Below are positions 26,742-39,115 of a DNA stretch of 64,000 nucleotides, piece by piece; positions within the stretch are counted from its first letter, which is position 1, and each line of letters opens with the position of its first letter. Source of the DNA: Camelus ferus (Eukaryota). Made by a program: the position numbers and the translations under genes. The notes beneath the pieces were generated by a model, which saw only the letters and a list, made by a program, of their open reading frames with translations, searched no databases and was not told where the DNA came from. The DNA is taken from the NCBI RefSeq assembly GCF_009834535.1, contig NC_045707.1, positions 59,646,001-59,710,000 of the forward strand. Reading direction: 5' to 3'.

Positions 26742-29282
26742 AAGACAGGTGCCCCTGGATGCTTAATGCATTTATTCACTATTATTACATAGTGAAGTAG
26801 GTATTATGAACCTCATTTTTAGAGATCAAAAATCTAAAGAATCACGGGCTTTTGTAACTCATGCCAATGGAACTCCTAAATGGTAATTATAGTATATAAG
26901 CCCATTCTGAGAGATTGCAAACTTTATAACGTACACATGTGCAAGCTTTCACTAGTAATTAATACACTGCAAATAAACATCGGTGTTTTTAAAATCTACC
27001 CAACCCACTTGCAAAGATTAAAAATAATGCTATCAGCTAATTTATAGAGAAATATAAAAACACTGCTATTGAAAGAACAAATTGATAAAATATTTAGAAA
27101 TTTCACATAATAGAATATGACATGCTAAGATACAATATAATATATATATTTTAAAATGTTAACACCATTTGCTCTTCTGAATATTTACTCTAAACTGAGA
27201 AAAAAGTCATGGTTCTTTGCTATGACATTATAAAAATCTGCAAACAAAAATTACACAACAAAAACATTAAATACTAAGTATGTATTGGGATAAATTTTAA
27301 CAGACCTGTGGAAGGGTTACTTTCAGTCATTAAAAATCAAATTCCTTTGTATGACTATGGGGAAATATATAAGACACATTAGTTCAAAAGGATAAGTTAT
27401 GTACAACATGCATATTTTCATATATATTAAAACTAAAGGTAATTACTATATTTAAAAAGTAATATCTGAGAAATGGGGTTAGAGGTTTTTAAAAATTTTA
27501 TCTATATTTTTCAAATTCTCTGAAATGAGCATATATTTACTCAACACAAAAGAAAAAGAAAAATGGTATAATAAACAGCTCCACACTGGTAAAAGTCAGA
27601 GCCATAATCACATATTTAGAGGTAAAAAGATTATGAAAAGAGTAATATTTGGCAAGCATGATTTAAGATGCAGTGGCCAAGACCTCAGCCTGAAACAAAC
27701 GAAATGCTTCAATCGACTTTCATCAGTAGTTGTGCCTCTACTGTACACTTTCTTGGTTCCCCAGGATTGACATTAACGAGTGGTCCTGTCCTAGGACTCG
27801 GGTCCTAGAATCTCCAACCAGAGCTTTCCTGAGTCTGAGGTCTCTTTCCCAAGACTGTGGCCTTTCCTCAAAGACCAACATTTCAGGGTGCACCCTCAGC
27901 TCTAATGTACGCATCTCCACTAACTGTTACCCTCATTCTTAGAATGCTGCTATTTTTCAGAAATTTAGCACTTAGAATGAAATGACAGTATACGTAAAGT
28001 TAACACAGAGACCACTTTACTTAGCATCATGTATGTCATTTACTTTTAATTTTTCATATTAGCTGGTCTTAAACATAAGTTTACCTTATATTATGTTCAA
28101 TTAAAGAAATGGCCATTTACACCCATGCTCAAGGAAAAAAAAAGACTTAACCAATGAATTGCAATCTAGCATAGTACACAAAAGTATCAGGTGTGCTATT
28201 CTTGAATTCAGGAAAATCTCAAAGGCAATTTTCAATAAAGTTTATTCTCTACTTATATGCTGATTTATAGAAGTTATCTCTTGTCTAAGATTCTATCCAC
28301 TTAGATCTGTATTAAAATGTGTTTCACGTGTTTAAATTGACTATAAGCTACTAACGAGTAAATTGAGCATATACAATTTTCAATATCTTTGTAAATAATT
28401 AGATTCAAGAGCAAAAACTAACATAAATACACTCTGTCACGGGCCAGTTACTTTCCTGTGCTGGATTAGTTCATCCTTCTCACGTGTGTGTGGCTGTGTG
28501 TGCAAGTACATGCCCATATGCATATTTCTTAACCCCTGCTTATAGGAAACCCTACGGGTAGAGCAGCATCCTCGGTGAAGCAATGGTGAAAATGGCAAAA
28601 AGGAAGCAATGTTCATTCACGTGGCCTTTCACCTTGCTTTTAAGCTGAGGGTGATAAATACCCTTGAATTTCATGAAAAATAACTGGTGCTTTTCAGAAT
28701 TCAGTTTACACCCTCTCCGGTTCTCAGTTTGATTTTTAAGATCCTCGTGGATGAAATTCTTCTTGCCAGGCATCCACGGTCTCCCTTCCTCTACCCACTT
28801 CTTCTGAAACACTGGTTATTTTTCCTTACTCTGCTTACTTCCTGTCCTTTCCCAGTATATGCCAGGTTCCCCATCCACATGTTCTCCAGCATTTGTAACA
28901 GAAGCACCATGACTGACTCATCGACTTGACACAATTTCATTTTCAGATCCAATATTTCTCCCTGATTTTCATTCTTAAATGTCTCACTAATAAAAAGAAA
29001 ATGTTCCAATTTTCTAGTCTTTATTCTGACTTACTGATCACCTAAGATATAGTCATCTGGTCCCTCGATATTCTTGTCTGAATTTAGAGATGTGATGATT
29101 ATTAAAAAAGTTTATACATTATATTTCTATATATGATTTTGCAATAACAAATTTTGATAGTTTCTTGGTAAATTGTCATAGACATAAAACTTGATTAAAG
29201 TAACAACAAAAGACAATACAGGTATTCACTTATATCCTAGTCAATACAAATATATGCAAAACAGAATTGAATGCACATCACA

Positions 29283-29700
29283 CATTCATTCATTCATTCA
29301 TCCATCAAATAGTATATGCCCAGAAATATACTGATGGCAAAAAAAAAAAAAAAAAAAAATCACAGGTTTGGTCCCCATAAAGCTTGTGGCCTAGTGGGAA
29401 AATATATATTTAACAAATAAACTAACAAATGTATTATTAAAATTTGAGATAAGGGCTTTGAATGAAAGGAATAATATCAAAAGAGAGCAGAAAGCAAAGG
29501 AAACTAATCTCAGTTGGATGCTGGAGGCAGGTGGTCAAGGAAATTGGCCCTGAGGAAGTAAAGTTTGAGCTTAAATCTGAACATTGAGTAAGAATTAACC
29601 AGGTTACCAGCAAGAGAAGAAAGCTCCAAACAGAACCAGCACTTCCAGAATTCCTGAGGAGGCAGGGGCACGCCATGTCCAAAATGGCTGACATGATCAG
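29283..29700 (-). mobile_element. L2 LINE 3' fragment
   Basis: cattcattcattcattca...gcttgtggcctagtggg...tggtcaaggaaattggccctgaggaagtaaagtttgagct. Confidence 0.7.
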
Positions 29701-31435
29701 GACCACATCAATTAAGACACATTTTCATTTACTCAATAAATGATCATGGGTACAATATGTCACTGCATTTGATAATCAGTTTCACAAAAAAACATGATCA
29801 CTACCATATTTTTCAACACAAAGTTGTTTTTATTTGACATTTATTTCCCCAAATAGGGGATTTACTTACTATCTGTCAAGAACTTTCTATCATTATTTAA
29901 TGGAATCCTATTACACCTGGGAAATTGAGGCTTAGAATGGTTAGGCAATTTGTCCAAGGTCACAAGGCTGATAAGGGGCAAACCTTAGAACTGAATCAGC
30001 CCTGCCCAAAATCCAGACTCTTTCCACTTGACCTCATTTCCACCAGATTAATGAAAACTTGCATTCCCGGCTGTCGAGCAGGGCAATCTTACTCTTCTTA
30101 AATAATCATTTTAAATGCAGTGTACAGCTCTGTAAGGGTAGCTTTCAGACAGTGATGTTTAAGGCTCCCATACAATTATGTAAATTCACCAGACTGCATG
30201 CAAGAGCTGAGATTATTTAGGAGTACCTATTTTTAGTCACAGACCATCTCCCTTGGCTCTGTTTTTCTCCACACAGTAATCCAGTGATCCCAATGTGCTA
30301 TCTATTCTTCCACATTCTTCCTAATAACTATGAGTTAGAGCCAACTACCAAGTTTGAAGACTGGAAGAAAATGACAAATACTGGTTTACAATAGAACAAG
30401 AAAATCCCCAATGCAGAGCCTGAGATAAGGGGCAGCATCTGGGGTGAGCAGACTCCACTGTCTAGTCTCCCTCAGTGCCTTACCTAGACATGACACATCC
30501 ATACTTGGGTGGCCTCGGCACCCTGCAATCGACCAGGTCCGGGTGGTCCAGAACTCTTTGCATACTGTTTGGGGCCTGAGGGGTGGGGTCACACAGCACC
30601 TTTGGCTTTATTACCTGGAAAGGATATTTTTTTTACTATACTAGGATTACTTGAACAAATTATTTAAGCCGTCTAGTTTTTATTACACCGTTGGGTCTGC
30701 TCAAGGGTTCAGGGTCACAGCTCTAGGGACAGCCTGCCTGCCATACTTGAAAACGTTCACATTTTATCCCCACTGTCTAGAACATTCTATATCTCTGATT
30801 CTGTTTGAAAGCACATCATGCATTCCAGTCCTTTCTTCATACCCATCTATTCTTTATTTTTTAAGGGTCATTCAACACTCATCTTCCTGTAACTATTAGG
30901 CTGAGCTAAATTTTAATTTCACTTACTTTAAACAATAACTCTTAGAATTTGATATGCTAGCCTATATTTTAATAACAATTCTTATATATGTTTTAAATGT
31001 ACTTAAGCCCTGTATATGCATTTCAGCTCAGAAATGCCAAATATTCTTATAGAGAGAAAGATTACAGAAAATCAACATCATAAGGTATATACTGGTCAAG
31101 AAGAAAAAAGAGTAATAGTAATTATGTATCTTGGGCTTTATCACCTCCACCTTGAATATTTGCATTTATCATGTCTAAATACATGCTTCCTTTTAAACTG
31201 CTAAATTTATTGCTTGACTGTCATGTTACTAGTTTAATCCTCACCAAGTTATTTGCATTTTCTAAAGAACAATATATCTTTCATAATTTTATTTGGTTAC
31301 ACTGAAGAGGAGGCTAAGTTTAGATGAGAGATTTCTAAGAATTTATCTTCTTTGGAGATGTATGTTTCTTGTTATTTGATGGGAGAATTTAGCTGTAGAC
31401 CAATGCTCTGACTGGATATTATCAGGATTTCTTTC

Positions 31436-31617
31436 TTTTTATTTTCTTTCTTTTAATTTTTTTTAAACCTTCTTCTTTTATTTATTTATTTATTTGATGG
31501 GGGGGTTAATTAGGTTAATTTATTTATTTAGTTTTAGAGGAGTAACTGGGGATTGAACCCAGGACCTTGTGCATGCTGAACATGTGCTCTACCACTTGAG
31601 CTATACCCTCCCAACCT
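31436..31617 (-). mobile_element. Camelid tRNA-derived SINE (Vic-1-like)
   Basis: Reverse complement reads gggagggtatagctcaagtggtagagcacatg...ggtcctgggttcaatccccag, followed by an A-rich tail. 11-bp TSD ggatttctttc at 31425-31435 and 31618-31628. Confidence 0.92.
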
Positions 31618-32054
31618 GGATTTCTTTCCTCTTAAAACTACTAAATGAGCTATTCAAATTGCTTACTGAGTTTTTCAAGGAGACTTCAGAGCAGATGTAT
31701 ACCTCCTGTGCCTCAAACTTCTGAGATTTTAAATCTTAATCAAATGGTACACTTCTAATAACTAACCAACAGAGTAAATCTGTCTGAAGTCCCTTCTCAA
31801 AATTCTCCTATGATTATAATTAAACTGCACAAAATCTGAGTTATTGGTCTTGATGTGGGACTGAAGAAAATGTCTGGTTCGGCCTCCTGTGGCTGCTGGA
31901 CTCTCTGGCTTCTCTGAACCAAAGCGAAGTACCTCTAGGGCGGCACAGCCCAGGGAGCCTGGGAATCTGCATGAGCAAGCAGTCACTTGAGCTGACTTGT
32001 TCCTAGTGCACCAAATTATTTTTACAAAGTCCTATTTCTACAAACTTTCACTTC

Positions 32055-32250
32055 TAAAATAAGTAACTCGTGAGGATGTAATGTAAAGGACGGGGAATAC
32101 CGTCAGTAATATTGTATTAACTTTGTATGGTGACAAATGGTAACCAAACTTATTGTGGTGATCATTTCACAATGTATACAAATGTCAAAATCCTACGTTG
32201 TTCATGTGAAGTATAACATGGCATGTCATATATACTTCAGCAAAAAAGGA
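32055..32250 (+). mobile_element. L1 3' end (older laurasiatherian type)
   Basis: ggatgtaatgta...aatattgtattaactttgtatggtgacaaatggtaac...gtggtgatcatttcacaatgtata...tatacttca followed by an A-rich tail. Confidence 0.8.
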
Positions 32251-33654
32251 AAAATAGGAAAAAAAGCCCTCCCTTCTTGCATCCAGTAACACTGTATAAA
32301 CCCTCAAAACCATTCTAATTAAACTTAAACCTTATGTATACAACCTCAATTCTCCAACAGCATATAGGAAAATTATATTCTAACATCCACATAATTCCTC
32401 TAGACTATTCATATTTATCCAAGTTGACCATTCAGCATGAATATAACTGTGCTCAAGAGTCATTTTTTTCTCCTGCATTTGGATTTTTACTTTTTTAAAG
32501 TTAAAATCTGGTTTCAAACCATATGCTTAGAACTTTATGAATTACTCTTCTTAAAATGTATTTAGTAAACAAATAATGGAAAAATGCTATCACATTGTTT
32601 TGGTGGCAGTCAGACAAACCCCCATTATCTGAGGTCAATGGGAACAACATTAATAGCATTATTTTCATGCATGAAAAAAAAATATTTTTTCATGCATTAA
32701 AAAAAAAGTATATACTGATTACCTACCAGGCTCAAACTAAGGGATCTCAAAGCTTAGGGAAAAGGAAGAAGTGACAAAGTTTGTTTCACAGTAGTTACTA
32801 AGCAAACAGATTAGAATGATAAAAATATGCATATAGGATAAGAGAAGCAATTATCTGTTTCACATTGGAGAAAGATATACAGTAAAAGCTTTGTTCATTC
32901 ATTGTTTGTTTGTTATTAAATACATTATCTTAAAACTTATAAAAATCCCTCAATACTACTCTTAACATCATTTCCTTAAATTATAATACATAGAACATTT
33001 AAACAGAACTAATTTTTTTAATTACTACTATCAACAGCAGTTACTAAATACATTATAAAGGGTCAAACACTAATGAATATTTTTTCTTATATTGCAAAGA
33101 TAATCATAGTTCCAAAGAGCCTCAAAATCTCCCTTGGAAAATGTGCTTGTAATAATAAGAAAATTAGAAAACAAAAACAAGTTCTATTATGTTTGTTGGA
33201 AAAAAAAAAAGAAATATTCAGTGTCCTTATGGACATTATGAGACTAGAGGGGAGAATCTATTCTTTCTTGTTCAGTAGAAACAATTCACAGACCAGTTTT
33301 TCCTCCCATTTCAAACTGAATCAATATTAAATAAAAATAGGATGAAAACCTACAGAGTCATCTAAATGAAATACAAAAGAGTTTTTAACTGTAAATATGT
33401 TTTAGTTCAAACATCTAGTTTTAAAAAAGAAGCTAATGTAAATAAACACATCTCACGTTTCCTTACCAACTATTCACATTTCATCTAAAGTCACCTCATT
33501 AGGATAATATAAGTGCCTTTCTCATAGATTTTATAATGATGCACGTAATGCCCACAATAAATCAGAATAAATCATAAAATGTGTCTGATGCCAGCAGGCT
33601 GGTCCTGGAGAACAGTAAACACTGAACCTCTGTAGGGTTCTTCCTGGGGTTAGC

Positions 33655-33950
33655 TCACTCATTCATTCTTTCACTTATCATTTGAATGGATACGTACTGA
33701 GCACCAACTTTGTGTAAGACACTACTCAAGACACAGAGGGGCCCAGGGTGAAAAAGAATAAGGCAGGTAAGGCCTCTTCCCTCATGGTCCATAATTCTAA
33801 AACATAACAAAATGAAACAAAACAAAACAAAAAACAATGAATAAAAGAATTACAGATTGAAGTACATACCAAGAAAGAAATAAAAAAATGGTAACATGAC
33901 ACATGGTGGATGGACAGAGGGAATTTTAGATAGGAAAGGGGTGCTTAACA
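33655..33950 (-). mobile_element. L2 LINE 3' fragment
   Basis: tcactcattcattc...tactgagcaccaactttgtgtaagacact...cctcatgg...ataattcta. Confidence 0.7.
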
Positions 33951-36913
33951 GGTGAGCAGAGACTCCACTGGAATACAGTTCTGCATCAAAGCTTTATAAA
34001 TGCTCACTATGTAGACTGACATTTGTGAGCAAGTTCCTCCCCTCTGTTGCACCAGGAAAATTCTTGCAGTGAACATGTATCAGTGTACATGTGATACTTT
34101 TAAAGGTAGTTAAAATAAGAATTACTCGCTATGAAAAAAAAGCCATGTTGTAACGAGGTATGCTTAAACAAATTTCACTATTACACTTACAATACATCTG
34201 CAAACCATTGAGCCCTACTTCTGAGAAGGTGAGGGACAGATAAGGACAGGGAAAGCATAATTTGGTGGAACCCAGTAAAAGACTGAAAAAAGAAAGAAAA
34301 AGAAGATATAAACAAGGGGTGCATGAACAAGCTACAGCAGGATGAAAGTGAAAATCAAGTGAGACAAGCTCTAATCACAGCATTTAAATGAATCTATGTA
34401 TTTAGGTATTTTCTAAGATGTACCAAAAATGTGCATCAGTCCTACCCCCATTTATATTACAATATCTGCCATAAGAGGCATATTTTTACAGTTACAGATA
34501 CACTGAAATATATATGTTTGAGAATTTGGGGATCTTTTACTAGTCACTTGATTGCCCTGAATGACTCCCTTATGATTTTTGTTTCCTGTCCGTGTCCTCT
34601 GATTTAATAGCCCAATTACTATAAACAAACGAACAGAAACACATTGAATTGTGAGAAAACTTTAAGTAATCATTTTAGTCTTAGCTCTAAATTTCCCTAC
34701 TTTCAAAGATCTGTCATATACTCATTGTAGCCTTAAAACATGACTCTCCGGTTAGAGAAATTTCCCTATGTAGTCCATTCTAACTTTTTCATCCAAAAAA
34801 GATAATTTAAGACTATAGGAACATTGCTAACTAAATAAATCCCTTACACACTTGTGACAGTGGGGAATGCAAACATGGCAAAAAGAAAACTGAAGACTTA
34901 GACATGTCATGATCCAAACCAATAGATTTTTAAAGTATCTTGCTAAAACAATCAGTAGAGTAACTTATGCTATTACTTATTTGAGAAAAAAATAGTTAAA
35001 ATACTTAATTATAAAGACTTCAAAAAGTTGTCTACCAAATAGTGACTATAAATAAGGGAATATGAAGTGATGAAAAAAAAAATAGCTAGGTGGTTTGTAA
35101 AAATTTAACCGGAAGTCATACTGTCTTCCCAACATCTCTCCTGACATCTGCTAAAGAGAACTGAGCTTCATGACTTTAAATATAGATGATTCAGTTTAAC
35201 AATCCTTAGATAAATAAACTGAAAGTTAACTTTGTCAAACAAGTGTGTATTCTGATCTACCTTCTTTAGCAGAATTGTTATTTGTTTACACTCTGCACTT
35301 CTTTCCCCCAGTATTTGGACAGTTGGCACTCCAGCCCTTCCATTTTAAATAGAAACCTGTCCTATTTGGTATGAGCAGCTGCAAATGATTTAACAAAGAT
35401 TTTCAAGATGTCAGTTCCTTAAGAATATGCATACAGTTCATCAAGTCACTGGCACAGAGTTTTCATTAACCAAGAAGAAAGGGAGCTCAGAATGGTAACA
35501 TGCAGTGTTTAATATGATAGAAATAAAGAAATGGAATACTTTAGCCCTGTTTTTTTTTCTTTCTTTCTCTTTTTAAGATGAGAGAAAAAGGAAGGTGAAG
35601 GTTTCATGACCTTCGAAATTGAGTGTGACAGTATCCTCCTTCATCCTGTCCCCATTCAATTCCTAAAATAAATAGCTGCTTCATCCAAGAAAGTCCTGCC
35701 TGATTCATATGGAAACATTAGATAAGGCATCATTTACTCAAAATAATGTTTTTTAAAAAGGTCACATATCGCCACCAATGAAACCATACTTTCCCTGTGG
35801 GCTTTCATTTATTTGATGGATTCAAACAAAAGGAGAATAATGATGCTGTCTTTTTAAAATAATTTTTTTTTGTTATCATTTGCTTGGTACCCTCATTGGA
35901 CCTTGCTAGGAAGGATTACAGGAAAGATTATGAATTTAATACATTTTCTTGTTTGGTTCCATCTCAAAACAGAAAATCAAGCCAAAGTAAACACTCAAAT
36001 TATTCAACAGATTCCCCAGGCTGGCCAGAGCGAATTCAGCATCACTTTCCGTTGATTCGCCAACTTTCTGTTCACCTCCCCCCAAAACCCTTTGGCATTA
36101 CAAAACTGGAAACAAATTCATCTTGCTGACAAGCAGAACTGATTCAAGGAAGGCAAGAAACCTCATTATCTTTATCATTAAACTTTAGGTAATTAAAATG
36201 TCACATCAAATTTTCCTTTGTTCAGAAGGCTCTTTGGGGACAACTGATGAACTGCTCTTTTCTATACACTTAACTTGAAAGCATTTAAAAAACATTATTT
36301 TAATGATACAAAAAAGAAAATTAATAGACTGTTACTTTATTCAGTCCTCCTCCATAGACCCATGAATAGAAACAATTCATTTTAATGTGTATCCCACATC
36401 TGGAGAAACCTCAGAAGAGCTGTATTTGCCTATTATTTAAAACAACAATCATCAGAACATTATCCACTGGAAAAATTGGAAAACATTTCAGAAATGAGAC
36501 AGCAGAAATGTACCTTTTTTGTGTATGGAATTCCTTCTTGACCTTTGACTGTATATTTTAAATTACTCTTTGACCAACAATTTGTATCAATTAATAAAAA
36601 ATGACTGAAATCCTACATAATGTTTATTCACATTGATATTAGCCTTGGAAAGGAGTGACTATTTTTCTAATGGCTCAAAATAATAAACTTCATTTGTAGA
36701 ATAATGGAATTTAAACATAATATGTCATAGAATATAGACCAACAAACATACTTAAGGAAAATTATTTAAGATTTCAGAAGTTTTATTGTCTCTTCTAAGA
36801 TTTCTGAATTTTTTTTCCCCCATAATTTAACCCCTCCCCAATCTCAACAGTTTAAAGCCAAACTGTCTTCCATGATATCTGGCCAGAGGTACTAGAAAAT
36901 CCATCTTAGGCAT

Positions 36914-37411
36914 TGTGAACAAAAATACTGCAAACCATATCAGTGAACAAAGAATGCTGAAGCCATCAAGTCATCAGCGGCTGCCCCCCACCCCCCCAGT
37001 GAAGACAAGCCTGCAGCCCAGCCTCTGCAGCCACTCACAGTGGTGCACTCTGAGGGGACTCAGAATAAGAAAGGACAGGATACTGGCCCTAGATAGCTAG
37101 GTGCTTGTCAAAGGAATGAATTCAGTGAGCCCAAATGTTTGCTTCCTCCCATACATAGAAAAGCATTAAATTGTTTAACTTGAGATGCCTGGTTTTCTTT
37201 AGTTAACAAATAATCTTTACTGTTCCAACTACCTGGTCTTTGTTGTAAAGCTCCTATGTATCCTAGCTCCTCCGCTACCTCTTCGGAGCAGTCCCTCAGA
37301 GCGATCTGAGAGGCTGTAACCCCGGGCTCGAAGGGGTTCGAGTCCTCAAAAATGTCTACCAAATAAAACATAACTCTCAACTTTTAGGTTGTGCATTTAT
37401 TTCAGTCGACA
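36914..37411 (+). mobile_element. ERV1-class solo LTR (498 bp), antisense to NAV3
   Basis: TG...CA termini (tgtgaac...agtcgaca), 4-bp TSD GCAT at 36910-36913 and 37412-37415, AATAAA at 37362-37367, and several retained CpGs. Confidence 0.9.
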
Positions 37412-38829
37412 GCATCCTATTGCTTATGTAGCAGGTTGTAAATATCCGGGGGGTTCAGGGGATCATATTTCATTTGTTATTTAACTATCTGCTTTTTATC
37501 AGGATACAATATGAAGTCCACTTGCAATGTTGAAGCATTTCTTAATGAGCTCTTAAGAGGACATACAAGCTGGTTTCATTAGACCATCACTCCAGATTTC
37601 TTAGCATTTGACCAGAATGTAAATGCTATGACTTGAACCCATTAAATATTGTCCCCTCTAATCATGACCAATACTATATGATAACAAAACTGGACAAAAA
37701 GTCACAAAACTTATTGTTAGTCTTAGTTAAGTAAAAAAGTTTCATGCAGATGAATGCATATAATCATCCACACAAAATGACAGAAAAAAAAAAGAAATAA
37801 AATTTGAGTTTCTATTTTTTAAGCCAAGAAATATTTTAATCAATCATGACCCTGTAAATACCACAGGGCTATATGATTTTGCAATCACTTGCTAATTTTA
37901 TTTCTACTACATAAGAGACAACCATGGTTATAGCACATCAATGCCTAGAAACAAATGTCTCTGTGATCAGGAAAAGAATGAGTGGGATTGACCAATGCTC
38001 TGCTTTCAAATGCGACTTCGTCATTTCTTCACAAACATACATCAAATAAATATTGTACCATATAGCCAAATCACTCAGACCAAAATGATCACATCTATCC
38101 ATTCTTTAAAGAAAAGTTTTGATCCCCAAGCCCTTTATTTCCCTTTTACAGGCCAATTAAAGCAACATGACAGAATTACTGAAATGCTAAGTTCATTGCC
38201 ATTCATATTGTATGAGACACTGCCAGCATCCCCTCCCATTCAATTTGAAACCCCTATGGAGCTCTATTTACAATTTTAAACATGACTTTAGGCACTCACA
38301 TCTGCACCTCATATTTTGACAGTAAAAACTAACTTCATTCCATTTAAATGTCAAATACAGACTTGGGAGTGCTGTATTTTATTCAGATAAAATGATGCCA
38401 ATTATTCCAAACCCAAAGTAACAATGCTTTATCGAATAATCACAATGCATGCCCAATACCCAGAAAATATTACCAAAAGAGAAATATTGTCTAGCAACCT
38501 GAAAAATAAACATAAGTGTTTTTTTGGTTGCTGTTTTGTTTTGAATACTCATGATTGTCTGCTGTCATGTAGTACTATTTTGGAAATGGCTATTTCTAAT
38601 TCAGGGATGAAAAGGATTTAGCAATTATTTTTTTATATCTCAGCAACATTTTAATATTCTTTGATTTTAAATAATGTGCATAATAGAAGTTTAAATACAA
38701 AGTGTATATCTATGTGCGTCTGTATGTTTATATGTATAATTTTATATACATAAGTGCATATATACTTACTTGTACATATGTATTGTATGTATATATGTGT
38801 AGAATTATGTGTATATTATATTGTTATAC

Positions 38830-39115
38830 ATAACTAAAGTAAGATCATTACTACCCTTGAGCTCCAAGCTTCTCAGTTTCCCTTCCCTCCCTGGAGGCAA
38901 TCATTATTACTATTTTCTTATGTATTCTTCCAGAGCTGATATGCTCATAAAAATACACATGAATATATACATGTATTTTGTATATTTGATTACAAAAATG
39001 GAAGCATCCTACTCACCATGTTCTGCACTCTACCTTTTCCACTTAACGTATCTTGAGTCTAATTCATTATCAGTACATGTAGATCAACCACATTCTTTTT
39101 AATAAACAGGGAAAT
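38830..39115 (-). mobile_element. Old L1 (L1ME-type) fragment
   Basis: ccctggaggcaatcattatta...tacaaaaatggaagcatcct...tgttctgcac...ttttccacttaac...cattctttttaa. Confidence 0.65.

Noticed and set aside
27791..27809. Near-palindrome ctaggactcgggtcctag
   Set aside because: A single short hairpin, expected by chance in 64 kb, with no supporting context.
36915..37380. ORFs within the LTR
   Set aside because: Chance frames in a solo LTR. There is no gag/pol/env, PBS or internal sequence.
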